In this document: in pieces, positions 7,683-16,145 of the stretch | How the letters are laid out: every line of letters starts with the position of its first letter | Numbering within the stretch: position 1 is the first letter of the stretch | NCBI RefSeq assembly: GCF_000299365.1 | Contig: NC_018655.1 | Coordinates: 120,001 to 152,000 of the forward strand | DNA length: 32,000 bases | Reading direction: 5' to 3' | Origin: Candidatus Nitrosopumilus koreensis AR1 | Lineage (GTDB): Archaea > Thermoproteota > Nitrososphaeria > Nitrososphaerales > Nitrosopumilaceae | Notes under the pieces: model-generated | What the model was told of the DNA's origin: nothing | Database searches by the model: none | What the model saw: the letters and a program-made list of their open reading frames with translations, nothing else | Made by a program: the position numbers and the translations under genes

Positions 7683-7756
7683 GGGCTCGGAGGGCTTCGA
7701 TCCCTCGACCTGGCGGTTCGAAGCCGCCCGCACTATCCAGGCTGTGCAACGAGTCC
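7683..7756 (-). tRNA. tRNA-Arg (anticodon UCG)
   Basis: The reverse complement folds as a cloverleaf: GGACTCG TT GCAC AGCCTGGATA GTGC G GGCGG CTTCGAA CCGCC AGGTC GAGGG ATCGAAG CCCTC CGAGCCC. The anticodon loop CU-UCG-AA gives UCG. There is one A3.C70 acceptor mismatch, A at position 54, and no encoded CCA. Confidence 0.8.
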
Positions 7757-7780
7757 AAACAAGTAAGAATTTAACGGGCC

Positions 7781-7787
7781 TAAATAT
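7781..7787 (-). promoter_or_regulatory. Candidate TATA box for tRNA-Arg
   Basis: ATATTTA on the minus strand lies 25-31 nt upstream of the tRNA 5' end, the typical archaeal TATA spacing. Confidence 0.35.
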
Positions 7788-7800
7788 CTGTCTAGATACT

Positions 7801-8976
7801 TTGAAGGTATCAAAAAAAGTAGCAGGTGTAGAGTACGCAATTAGAGATATTGTTCTTGCTGCAAGAAAAGTACAACAAAAAGGAATGCAGGTAGATTATC
7901 TCAACATTGGTGATCCTGTCCAATTTGGTTTTCAACCACCTGATAATGTTAAACAAGCTTTGATTGATGCAATTAACAATGGTGAAAATTACTATTCTAC
8001 TTCTGAAGGTCTTTTGGAATTAAGACAAGAGATTGCTAAAAAAGAAAACGCTAAAGGCTTGTCTATTTCTGCTGATGAGATTCTAGTTACAAATGGAGTT
8101 TCAGAAGGACTAGACATGGTAATCTCATCAATTGTTGAGGAAGGAGATGAAGTGCTGCTTCCAGGACCCTATTATCCTCCTTATGCTTCTTATGTTAGAC
8201 TGCATGGTGGAATTCCAGTAGAGTTTGCAGTTGACTTGGATAACTCTACTCCTGATATTGAGGATATCAAATCCAAAATCACCTCAAAGACTGTTGCTAT
8301 TTGTTTGATTAGTCCAAACAACCCAACTGGCGTTGTATTTAATGAAAAATCACTCAAAGAACTAGTAGATATTGCAAATCAGCATAATCTCTACATCATA
8401 TGTGATGAAATCTATGATCAGATAATTTTTGATGAAAAATTTGTAGGAATTGGCAAAGTTGCAGGAGACTCTCCGGTAATTGTTCTAAATGGTTTTTCCA
8501 AAGTCCATCTAATGTCTGGCTGGAGAATTGGCTATATTGCATTTAACAATTCACCAAAACTTGATGCAATTAGAGAGAATCTTCCAAAACTAGCCAGAGT
8601 GCGAATTGCAACCAGTCTGCCCGTACAACATGCTGCACTAGAGTCATTACGAGGACCTCAAGACTATATCTCAAACTTTGTGACTGAAATAAAAAAACGC
8701 AGAGACTTGGTTGTAAAGAGACTAAACGAGATGCCAGGACTGTCTTGTCCAAATCCAAAGGGCGCATTTTATGCATTTCCAAAAATTGAAGACAATAGAT
8801 TTGGAACAGACAAAGAATTTGTTACAAAACTATTGGAATCAAAAGGAGTTTTAACTGTACATGGTTCTGGTTTTGGAGAAAAATATGGCAGTGGTCATTT
8901 CAGGTTAGTTTATCTTCCAAGCCTTGAAGTTTTGGATTCAGCAATGAACAAGATTGAGGAATTTGTACGTCAGTAA
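7801..8976 (+). CDS. Class I/II pyridoxal-phosphate aminotransferase (aspartate/alanine aminotransferase-like)
   Basis: The track start at 7744 overlaps the tRNA, so I use the in-frame TTG at 7801 (MKVSKKVAGVEYAIRD). Motifs: SPNNPTG, YIICDEIYD, and NGFSKVHLMSGWRIGY (PLP-binding Lys). Confidence 0.85.
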   Translation: MKVSKKVAGVEYAIRDIVLAARKVQQKGMQVDYLNIGDPVQFGFQPPDNVKQALIDAINNGENYYSTSEGLLELRQEIAKKENAKGLSISADEILVTNGVSEGLDMVISSIVEEGDEVLLPGPYYPPYASYVRLHGGIPVEFAVDLDNSTPDIEDIKSKITSKTVAICLISPNNPTGVVFNEKSLKELVDIANQHNLYIICDEIYDQIIFDEKFVGIGKVAGDSPVIVLNGFSKVHLMSGWRIGYIAFNNSPKLDAIRENLPKLARVRIATSLPVQHAALESLRGPQDYISNFVTEIKKRRDLVVKRLNEMPGLSCPNPKGAFYAFPKIEDNRFGTDKEFVTKLLESKGVLTVHGSGFGEKYGSGHFRLVYLPSLEVLDSAMNKIEEFVRQ

Positions 8977-9371
8977 CTCCAAACAGAAATCTTTTCAGGA
9001 ATAATTTCAATAATACAGTCAGTATCATCAAGTAATTCTTTTGCTGACTTGTTTTCCAATGTCTTAAAGTAACGTAAAAGAATCTTTTTTGCAATTGTTT
9101 TTACTTTGGATTTTTCTAAAATCACATTTGCCTTTCCTTGACCCATCACACCATAGATGTTGGGCGCATTAACTCCTGTATCTACACAAAAAGAGACTCT
9201 GTTGTTTTTCTTTGCATTTTTTGCCTTTTGTGTCTTGGTGTTTGTGCCAATGTAGAATTTTTTAGCACTGTATCTGTACCAAACAGGAACAATGTGTGGG
9301 GTTTTGTTTTTTCCAATAGTAGATAACCGCAGTATCTTTTGAGTTTTTAGAAATTCATCTTTTTTGCTCAT
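8970..9371 (-). CDS. Pyridoxamine 5'-phosphate oxidase-family FMN/F420-binding protein, 133 aa
   Basis: RLSTIGKNKTPHIVPVWYRY..KFYIGTNTKTQKAKNAKKNNRVSFCVD is the typical PPOX split-barrel N-terminal pattern. Confidence 0.65.
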   Translation of the reverse strand: MSKKDEFLKTQKILRLSTIGKNKTPHIVPVWYRYSAKKFYIGTNTKTQKAKNAKKNNRVSFCVDTGVNAPNIYGVMGQGKANVILEKSKVKTIAKKILLRYFKTLENKSAKELLDDTDCIIEIIPEKISVWSY

Positions 9372-9588
9372 GTCTTCTGAATCCCAATGCTATCATAAAA
9401 ATACCAAAGGCCAGCATTGCCATTGATACCTTTTCATTAGTAATTTCACCATTTATCAGAAACTCTTCAACAAACTCTGGTCCCCATATCAATAACTGTC
9501 TGACTAAGACAATCCCTGCCATAACAGAAAATAAAACTCCGATAGCTGTATACCAATTTCTACCTCGCCTATAGTATTCGTGGCTCAT
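9355..9588 (-). CDS. Small 2-TM membrane protein, 77 aa
   Basis: Two hydrophobic helices (WYTAIGVLFSVMAGIVLV and VSMAMLAFGIFMIALGF). Overlaps the downstream gene by 17 nt on the same strand. Confidence 0.5.
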   Translation of the reverse strand: MSHEYYRRGRNWYTAIGVLFSVMAGIVLVRQLLIWGPEFVEEFLINGEITNEKVSMAMLAFGIFMIALGFRRHEQKR

Positions 9589-9603
9589 GATAAAAGGACC
9601 GAC

Positions 9604-10275
9604 TCAGATGATTTTAATTCCGGGATTTTTTATCTTGTTTTGAATCATTGCGTTTAGCAGCAATGGCGTTGACATTTCTGCAAGATATGATAATTCTATT
9701 GGTCCCAAGTAAATTGATCTCAAACCTTTGATTTCATCAATTAATGTATTGACTACACCGACTGACTCTTTGTCATCTCCACATACAAAAATATCATAAT
9801 CTAGCTCGAGAGTTGGATTCACCAATTTTTTCTCAGATATTACATGAAATGCAGAAACTAATTTTGATTTATCTTTCATATGGTTTGACACTAATTTGTA
9901 TGAGAATGGCTTGTTGTCTTTAATTGAAACACACTCAAATCCAACATCTGTTTTAGTCATTGGAACGATTGGTGATACTACAACACAATTGTCATTAACT
10001 TCTGGTAATATCCCAGAACACACTGAATCAATATTTTCATATGGAATTGACAAAATCAACACGTCACTTTCTTTTGCAACTGAAACATTATCGTTTCCAG
10101 AAATACTTCCTTTAATTTCACCAAATGCCTCTTTTGCCAAATTTGTATACTCTACAGCTGATTCTGCTGCTCTTGCAGCATCCCTAGAACCAACTATTAC
10201 ATCGTGATTTTGTGACCATCTCAGGGCAAAGCCTTTGCCCATTCCACCTGTACCGCCAATAATTCCCACTTTCAT
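9604..10275 (-). CDS. npdG: NADPH-dependent F420 reductase-like oxidoreductase
   Basis: N-terminal Rossmann motif MKVGIIGGTGGMGKGFALRW and a length of about 220 aa, both typical of the NpdG family. Confidence 0.7.
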   Translation of the reverse strand: MKVGIIGGTGGMGKGFALRWSQNHDVIVGSRDAARAAESAVEYTNLAKEAFGEIKGSISGNDNVSVAKESDVLILSIPYENIDSVCSGILPEVNDNCVVVSPIVPMTKTDVGFECVSIKDNKPFSYKLVSNHMKDKSKLVSAFHVISEKKLVNPTLELDYDIFVCGDDKESVGVVNTLIDEIKGLRSIYLGPIELSYLAEMSTPLLLNAMIQNKIKNPGIKII

Positions 10276-10325
10276 GATTAATCACAGACAATGTTATTAT
10301 TATCTCTATTTGAATTTCGAACAGA

Positions 10326-10949
10326 TTGGGACAAATAATTTTCCTAAGACACGGTCAGGCAAAAAATAACACTGAACGAATTTTAGCAGGACGAACTGAA
10401 GGTGTGCCGTTAACTGATGTTGGTCAACAGCAAGCACAACATACCGCTGAACTACTTGAGCATATGAACATCTCTGCAATTTATTCTAGTCCAATACAAA
10501 GAGCAAAGCATACTGCAGAAATTGTTGGAAAACATAATTCCCTTGATGTAACAATTGATGATAGATTAATCGAACTTGATATGGGAAAATTCACTGGTAT
10601 GGCATATGATGAAATATTTAATGATCATGGAAATGTCTTTATGAAATTCTATCAAGGTGATCTTGAAATTGCTCACAACGGAGTTGAAACTTTTGATGAA
10701 GTCAAAAAAAGGGTATTGGGAATTGTTAATCATGTAGTTGAAAAACATCCTGATGAAAATGTTGTACTAGTCACTCACATGGATCCTATCAAAGCAATGC
10801 TTTCAACTGTAGTTGATCTGTCTCCAACAAATCTATTTGAACTAATTATAGCAAATGCATCATTGAATCTCTTTAGAGAAAACAAACGAAAATTCTCAAT
10901 TTCTGGACTTAACGTAATGCATCCAACTAGATTCGATCAAGGTTGGTAG
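10326..10949 (+). CDS. Histidine phosphatase (phosphoglycerate mutase) family protein
   Basis: TTG start. RHG motif (IIFLRHGQAKNN), a second catalytic region VVLVTHMDPIKA, and SSPIQRAKHTAE. Confidence 0.75.
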   Translation: MGQIIFLRHGQAKNNTERILAGRTEGVPLTDVGQQQAQHTAELLEHMNISAIYSSPIQRAKHTAEIVGKHNSLDVTIDDRLIELDMGKFTGMAYDEIFNDHGNVFMKFYQGDLEIAHNGVETFDEVKKRVLGIVNHVVEKHPDENVVLVTHMDPIKAMLSTVVDLSPTNLFELIIANASLNLFRENKRKFSISGLNVMHPTRFDQGW

Positions 10950-11004
10950 CTAATAATCTTGAAAACCCTTAAATAGAAATCATAGGTCACGACAGTCATT
11001 CACT

Positions 11005-11265
11005 ATGAAGGGTATAGTCGGGTTATTCCTAGTATTGGCTGTTTTAGTAGTAGTTCCTGCTGTAGAACATGCTTTTGCTGCAGGTGATGAACCAGGCGAA
11101 TATCTTGATCGTAGAGTAATAATTTGGAATTTATTCTTTAGAATGATGACTATTGCATTTGTAGTTGGTGCAGTTGTATCAGGTACTATTATTTGGCAAG
11201 TTTGGAGATTTAGAGAATCTCATCCAAAAGCAAAACCAACTCCATATGAGGGGACTGACTGGTAG
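11005..11265 (+). CDS. Small membrane protein at the head of the oxidase operon, 86 aa (signal/TM helix plus a second TM helix)
   Basis: GIVGLFLVLAVLVVVPAV and MMTIAFVVGAVVSGTIIW. The stop is 2 nt before the subunit II start. It looks like the N-terminal helix region that is fused to subunit II in other lineages. Confidence 0.6.
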   Translation: MKGIVGLFLVLAVLVVVPAVEHAFAAGDEPGEYLDRRVIIWNLFFRMMTIAFVVGAVVSGTIIWQVWRFRESHPKAKPTPYEGTDW

Positions 11266-11267
11266 AA

Positions 11268-11699
11268 ATGAGTGGACATTCTAACTGGCCTGAATGGATT
11301 TACGTTGGTGTTGTAGTTGCTTTGATGTGCTGGGTTGGTGCAGAAGCTTGGGAAGCAGAAAGACTCGTAGAACATGTTCCTGCCGATGCCGAAGTTATCA
11401 AAGTAACAGGACAACAATGGTTCTGGTCTTTTGAACATGAAGATGGAACAAAAGAAATTGGTGAGTTGCATGTTGAAAAAGGCAAAGCCTACAAATTGGA
11501 AATTCATTCAAAAGATGTTAATCACTCTTTTAACATTCACGATTATGTTGTTTTGATGGATGCAATTCCTGGCAGAGTTAACACTGTATGGTTTGCACCA
11601 ACTGATGTTGGTGAACATGATATTCAATGCAGAGAATATTGTGGATTAATTCATTATAACATGCGTGGAACATTAATTGTGGAGGAACCACACTCTTGA
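11268..11699 (+). CDS. coxB: Heme-copper oxidase subunit II (CuA cupredoxin domain)
   Basis: QQWFWSFEH, DVNHSFNI, and the CuA motif C-REY-C-GLI-H-YN-M (CxxxCxxxHxxM). Confidence 0.85.
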   Translation: MSGHSNWPEWIYVGVVVALMCWVGAEAWEAERLVEHVPADAEVIKVTGQQWFWSFEHEDGTKEIGELHVEKGKAYKLEIHSKDVNHSFNIHDYVVLMDAIPGRVNTVWFAPTDVGEHDIQCREYCGLIHYNMRGTLIVEEPHS

Positions 11700-11736
11700 T
11701 AACGCTTTTATCCATATTGCTGGAGGGAATTAACTA

Positions 11737-13263
11737 ATGGTTCTAGAACTACAAAAACCACGTCCGATTTGGCAAATAATGTTCTCAACACATCACACTG
11801 ATGTTGGTTTACTTTATCTTATCACATCTTTAGGATTCTTGTTTATGGGAGGTGCATTGGCACTTGCAATAAGAGCTGAGTTGTTCTTGCCAGGATCACA
11901 AATTATTGCTGATTCGATGACCTTTAACAGAATCTTTACTGTTCACGGAACTACTTTGATCTTCTTGTTTATCATACCATTTGCATCTGCAGTTGGTAAC
12001 TACTTTGTACCTATCATGGTCAGATACAAAGACATGGCTTACCCAAAGCTTAATGCAATTGCATTTTGGATGATTCCACCTGCTGGAGCCCTTATCTGGC
12101 TAGGATTTGCAGACTTTACTTGGTATGCCACTCCTCCTTATTCTATTATCAGCGCACCAGGTCCTGCTGCTGACATGTGGATATTTGGACTAAAAATTTT
12201 AGGTGTATCTTCTGTTCTTGGTGCAATTAACTTTGTTGTTACGATTCTCAAATGTAAACATCCTGACATGTCCATTGGTCAAGTTCCACTTTTGGCTTGG
12301 TCTTTCTTGTCATCCTCATTGATTATTCTTGTTGCAATTCCAACATTTGCAGCAGCATTATTGATGCTCTTAACTGATAGACTTGGTGTTACTGGATTCT
12401 TTAATCCTGCAATGGGAGGAGATCCAATTGCATATGCACACTTGTTCTGGTTTACATTCCATCCTGAAGTATACGTTCTCGTTATTCCAGCTATTGGTAT
12501 GATGTATGAAATTATTCCAAGATTCTCAAGAAAACCAATCTATAGTTTCAATTCTGGTATCTTTGCATTTGTATTATTATCAATTGTCGGCTTTTCATCA
12601 TGGGCACACCACATGTATGCAACAGGAATGTCATTTACAGAAAAGACTGTATTTATGGTAGGAACACTTGCAGCAGTTCCAGCATCTGCAATGCACGTCT
12701 ATAATTTCATTGCAACAATGTGGAATGGCAGAATCAAATTCTTGACCCCAATGATGTGGTCTGTTGGTGGTATTGCTTTATTCTTCTCTGCAGGTGCAGG
12801 TGGTGTTGCAAACGCTGCTATGCCATTAGACTTTACAACACATGATACTTACTGGGTAGTTGGACACTTCCATCTCTTTGTGATGGGAACTATTGCATTT
12901 GGTTCAATTGGATTCCTCTACTACATGTACCCATATGTCACAGGACGAATGTATAATGAAACAATGGGTAAGATTCACTTTATCATGTCTTTCATAGGAA
13001 CTGTGTTGGTCTTCTTTACACAACACGTACTTGGTTTATACGGTATGCCAAGAAGAATTTTCGATTATCCACCAATCCCAGAATGGATTGCAATGAACCA
13101 AATCGCATCAGTTGGTGCAATGATTATTGGAGTCAGCATGGCAATATTTTTGGCAAACATGATTTACAGCGCTGGAAAAGGAAAACCTGCAAACACAGAG
13201 GATCCATTTGGTGTTGGAGGCAAATACTATTATCCATTTGAGGCAAAGAACCCATCACATTAG
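11737..13263 (+). CDS. coxA: Heme-copper oxidase subunit I
   Basis: Twelve-TM-type sequence with WFTFHPEVYVLVIPAIG (the His-Tyr site), SWAHHMY (CuB histidines) and HDTYWVVGHFHLFV (heme ligands). Confidence 0.95.
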   Translation: MVLELQKPRPIWQIMFSTHHTDVGLLYLITSLGFLFMGGALALAIRAELFLPGSQIIADSMTFNRIFTVHGTTLIFLFIIPFASAVGNYFVPIMVRYKDMAYPKLNAIAFWMIPPAGALIWLGFADFTWYATPPYSIISAPGPAADMWIFGLKILGVSSVLGAINFVVTILKCKHPDMSIGQVPLLAWSFLSSSLIILVAIPTFAAALLMLLTDRLGVTGFFNPAMGGDPIAYAHLFWFTFHPEVYVLVIPAIGMMYEIIPRFSRKPIYSFNSGIFAFVLLSIVGFSSWAHHMYATGMSFTEKTVFMVGTLAAVPASAMHVYNFIATMWNGRIKFLTPMMWSVGGIALFFSAGAGGVANAAMPLDFTTHDTYWVVGHFHLFVMGTIAFGSIGFLYYMYPYVTGRMYNETMGKIHFIMSFIGTVLVFFTQHVLGLYGMPRRIFDYPPIPEWIAMNQIASVGAMIIGVSMAIFLANMIYSAGKGKPANTEDPFGVGGKYYYPFEAKNPSH

Positions 13264-13270
13264 GAGATAG

Positions 13271-14239
13271 ATGAAAATGAGTCACGATACACAAACCGTT
13301 TACAGAACCACTCCTGCAAGAACCGGAAAGATGATGGCAATTATGTTAGGAATCTGTATTGTTGGAGGAGCAATCTTCTTTTCAATGTGGGATTATTGGA
13401 TTTCACAACCTGCACCAGTTGTTGCAATGATGGCAGGAGAAGCAGATAAAGCCGCACCAGCCGCAGCTACTGGAAAGACAATCACACAAGATCTTTCATT
13501 TATAGAATCATCAGATTTTAGGACTTTGGCGTTTAATTCATTACCTGGAGAACCAAATCACAATCCAACAATTAACATGAATGTTGGTGATAAAGTGGTA
13601 TTTGATGTAATAAATGATGGAAAATCATTCCATGCATTTGGTGTCACAAAAGCTGATGAAGGCTTTGCAGGAATTATTCCTGGCAGTGAAATTGGAGCAG
13701 CATCTAATCCACTAAAGCCAGGTGAAGGTGGAACTTCAGAGTTTGTTGCAGGTGAAGAAGGCACTTACTACTACATCTGTACAGTTCCTGGTCACAGGGA
13801 ACAAGGAATGGTTGGTGAAATCATTGTAGGCTCTGCACAAGGCGGTGGCAGTTCTGGTGTTGCAGCAGCTCCAACAGGCGTGTCTCATGACTTTAATTTG
13901 GACTTTGTAGAATCTGATGATTTTAGAACATTAGCATTTAATGCATTACCTGGATTTGATGGTCACAATCCTGAAATTCGTGTAAGCTCTGGTGATGAGG
14001 TTACTATAACCTCTACAAATACTGGTAAATCATTCCATGCATTTGGAGTTGTTTCAAACCCTGAAGACTTTAACAATGTAATTTGGGATTCTGCAATTGC
14101 AGCAGCATCTAATCCTCTAAAACCTGGTGAAAGCGGTAGTACTACTTTTACTGCTGGTGCACCTGGAACATATTATTACATCTGTACAGTTCCTGGACAT
14201 GCATTACAAGGCATGCAAGGTAGTTTCATAGTAGAATAG
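13271..14239 (+). CDS. Membrane-anchored protein with two tandem plastocyanin-like (type 1 blue copper) domains
   Basis: An N-terminal TM helix (MMAIMLGICIVGGAIFF) is followed by two roughly 115-aa repeats. Each repeat carries GKSFHAFGV and YYYICTVPGHxxQGM, the His/Cys/His/Met T1 copper ligands. Confidence 0.85.
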   Translation: MKMSHDTQTVYRTTPARTGKMMAIMLGICIVGGAIFFSMWDYWISQPAPVVAMMAGEADKAAPAAATGKTITQDLSFIESSDFRTLAFNSLPGEPNHNPTINMNVGDKVVFDVINDGKSFHAFGVTKADEGFAGIIPGSEIGAASNPLKPGEGGTSEFVAGEEGTYYYICTVPGHREQGMVGEIIVGSAQGGGSSGVAAAPTGVSHDFNLDFVESDDFRTLAFNALPGFDGHNPEIRVSSGDEVTITSTNTGKSFHAFGVVSNPEDFNNVIWDSAIAAASNPLKPGESGSTTFTAGAPGTYYYICTVPGHALQGMQGSFIVE

Positions 14240-14241
14240 TT

Positions 14242-14685
14242 TTGGCAATTCAATATCTTGCATTATCTACAATGGTTGTTTTGTATTCACTAATGTTCTT
14301 AGGTGGATATGTTTCTGCGGCAGGACTTGGTCTTACATGTCCTGAATGGCCACTTTGTCCAAATGGTGTAATGCCCTCTGAAGAATATCTCATTGAATGG
14401 ATTCATAGATTTACTGCGGCAACTACTGGTACACTAGTAATTGCTACAATGATTGCAGCAATGATTAACAAAAACTCACACTGGAAAATTAAACTTACAA
14501 GCTCTCTTGCGACAGTTTTTGTTATTACACAAATCATTCTTGGTGCTCTCGTGATTGATCTAAAACTACATGCATTGCTAGTTGCAATTCATCTGGGAGT
14601 TGGTATACTGTTATTCTCCATGGTCTTGTTGACTACATTATTTGCATTTAGAATTTCTAGAGTTCAAATAGAGTCTAGGGTTTAG
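14242..14685 (+). CDS. ctaA: Short (4-TM) heme A synthase-like protein
   Basis: TTG start. GLGLTCPEWPLCPNG is the CtaA/Cox15 Cys pair. EWIHRFTA and LLVAIHLGVG are conserved His positions. The 147-aa length corresponds to half of a bacterial CtaA. Confidence 0.65.
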   Translation: MAIQYLALSTMVVLYSLMFLGGYVSAAGLGLTCPEWPLCPNGVMPSEEYLIEWIHRFTAATTGTLVIATMIAAMINKNSHWKIKLTSSLATVFVITQIILGALVIDLKLHALLVAIHLGVGILLFSMVLLTTLFAFRISRVQIESRV

Positions 14686-15199
14686 ATTTTTTAAAAATTT
14701 TTGGTACATAAATGTACATTACAACACCTGTTAGTGCTAATGCTCCTACAGTAATTGCTGCAAAGAAAATAGCTCCAAATGGACTCTGAGTTCCCATGTT
14801 AAATGTATAAGTTAAGACCTGACCATTTTCCTTCATGTCGTACAAGTCAATTAACACTATATGATTTCCTGAGTTTTTCCATATGTAGTCAAATTCCCAA
14901 TGAGAACCCTCTATTGATTTTGGAAGAATTGCATCAATCTGTTGATCATTATAAAATATTCTTATTCCCATTGTAAATCTGTCAACTTCTTCATAATCAA
15001 AACCCTCAGTAACTCTAATCATAAATTGAGATGGTTCATCAATTTGAGGAAATTCAGGAGATGTTGCTACTTGGACTCTATATCCTCCGTAGAATTCCTC
15101 AGCAGAGTTAAACATTGAATGAGCAAACACATCACTTACTCCGGGTGTTGAGAAAAGTATCAAAATTGAAAAAATCAAAACTGATCGCTTTTTTGTCAT
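14675..15199 (-). CDS. Secreted protein with a C-terminal TM anchor, 174 aa; predicted mature N-terminus begins with His
   Basis: Signal peptide VLIFSILILFSTPGVSDVFA | HSMFN, a beta-rich body, and a C-terminal helix AIFFAAITVGALALTGVVMYIYV. Confidence 0.6.
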   Translation of the reverse strand: MTKKRSVLIFSILILFSTPGVSDVFAHSMFNSAEEFYGGYRVQVATSPEFPQIDEPSQFMIRVTEGFDYEEVDRFTMGIRIFYNDQQIDAILPKSIEGSHWEFDYIWKNSGNHIVLIDLYDMKENGQVLTYTFNMGTQSPFGAIFFAAITVGALALTGVVMYIYVPKIFKKSKP

Positions 15200-15294
15200 T
15201 TATGATTTGTAGACTTTGGATGAATATATTGTAACTCGTTCCTTTCAGAAAATCTTCAAAACCTTTAAATCCTTATTGCCAAGACATTGAATCG

Positions 15295-15891
15295 TTGACC
15301 CTCGTAACAAAATCAATCGATATTAAGACACCTGTAGAAAATGTCTTTACCTATTTTGCAAGACCAGAACATGTTTCTGATCAAATCAAAACTGATGCAG
15401 TAGGCATGACCGTTGTTCCTATGGATATCAAGGAAGGCATGGGTGTAGGTACAACCTTTAGAATTATCGGTGACTTTAGCGGTAAACGTTTAGAGTGGGA
15501 TTGTGAGACAATTGAATTTGTCAGAAATGAAAAGATAACTGCAAAACAGATTGAAGGCCCATTTAAGAAATGGCAAATTACTAATGAATTCAAGTCATTA
15601 GGAAATAACCTCACAAGAGTTACAATGTCAGTAGACTATGAAATGCCATTTGGCCCATTGGGTGCAATTATGGATAAAGCAAAGTTTGCAAAATCTGCTG
15701 AGAGAGGAATGGAGACTGCTCTTTACAATGTTAGAGGTTTGTTGGAAGGAAATGGTTCAATTCCGGTATATATCACACTAGAAGCATACCAAAAACTTCT
15801 TGCCGAAAAGAAAAAGATGAATGATGTTCCAGTTTCAACTGCACTAACTGCAATCATTGAAAAATACAACGAAATTGAAGCTAAAGCATAA
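15295..15891 (+). CDS. SRPBCC (START/cyclase-dehydrase) superfamily protein with a C-terminal helical extension
   Basis: SIDIKTPVENVFTYFARPEH..W..TNEFKSLGNNLTRVTMSVDYEMPFGPLGAIMD is the typical polyketide-cyclase/SRPBCC layout. Confidence 0.6.
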   Translation: MTLVTKSIDIKTPVENVFTYFARPEHVSDQIKTDAVGMTVVPMDIKEGMGVGTTFRIIGDFSGKRLEWDCETIEFVRNEKITAKQIEGPFKKWQITNEFKSLGNNLTRVTMSVDYEMPFGPLGAIMDKAKFAKSAERGMETALYNVRGLLEGNGSIPVYITLEAYQKLLAEKKKMNDVPVSTALTAIIEKYNEIEAKA

Positions 15892-15923
15892 AACATAATT
15901 TTCCTTTATTTTAGAATCTTAAG

Positions 15924-15931
15924 ATTAATAA
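15924..15931 (+). promoter_or_regulatory. Candidate TATA box for tRNA-Lys
   Basis: ATTAATAA lies 26-33 nt upstream of the tRNA 5' end. Confidence 0.35.
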
Positions 15932-15956
15932 CAACTCTGGGCTTAGTATTTTTGGT

Positions 15957-16030
15957 GGGTCTATGGCGCAGCCAGGTAGCGCACCGGACTCTTAATCCGG
16001 TTGTCAAGGGTCCGAATCCCTTTAGACCCG
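15957..16030 (+). tRNA. tRNA-Lys (anticodon CUU)
   Basis: Cloverleaf: GGGTCTA TG GCGC AGCCAGGTA GCGC A CCGGA CTCTTAA TCCGG TTGTC AAGGG TCCGAAT CCCTT TAGACCC G. All stems are Watson-Crick paired and no CCA is encoded. Confidence 0.9.
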
Positions 16031-16145
16031 CTATTATCTGACATAAATAAATCCTGACACACAATTGAAAAATTTCTTGTTGAATATTGTGAGGGATTAT
16101 TTGGAAAACTAGAACATACCGCTCAATAGTTCATGAATTATAATA

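Noticed and set aside
7744-7800. N-terminal extension of the aminotransferase given by the track (GTG at 7744)
   Set aside because: It overlaps the 5' end of tRNA-Arg on the opposite strand, and its residues (MQRVQTSKNLTGLNICLDT) are not aminotransferase-like. An in-frame TTG at 7801 gives a conventional N-terminus.
9896-10207. 103-aa ORF antisense to the F420 reductase gene, and similar shadows at 8570..8782, 11220..11507, 13558..13764, 15381..15614, 17157..17456, 17849..18058, 21119..21391, 22614..22877, 23818..24099, 27368..27574, 29389..29801 and 30096..30377
   Set aside because: Each lies wholly inside a longer opposite-strand or alternative-frame gene that has clear family motifs.
11005-11699. 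Reading the 86-aa ORF plus subunit II as a broken (pseudogenised) coxB
   Set aside because: The two ORFs are in different frames, separated by a clean stop and an ATG 2 nt later, and both parts look intact. A natural two-gene arrangement is more parsimonious.
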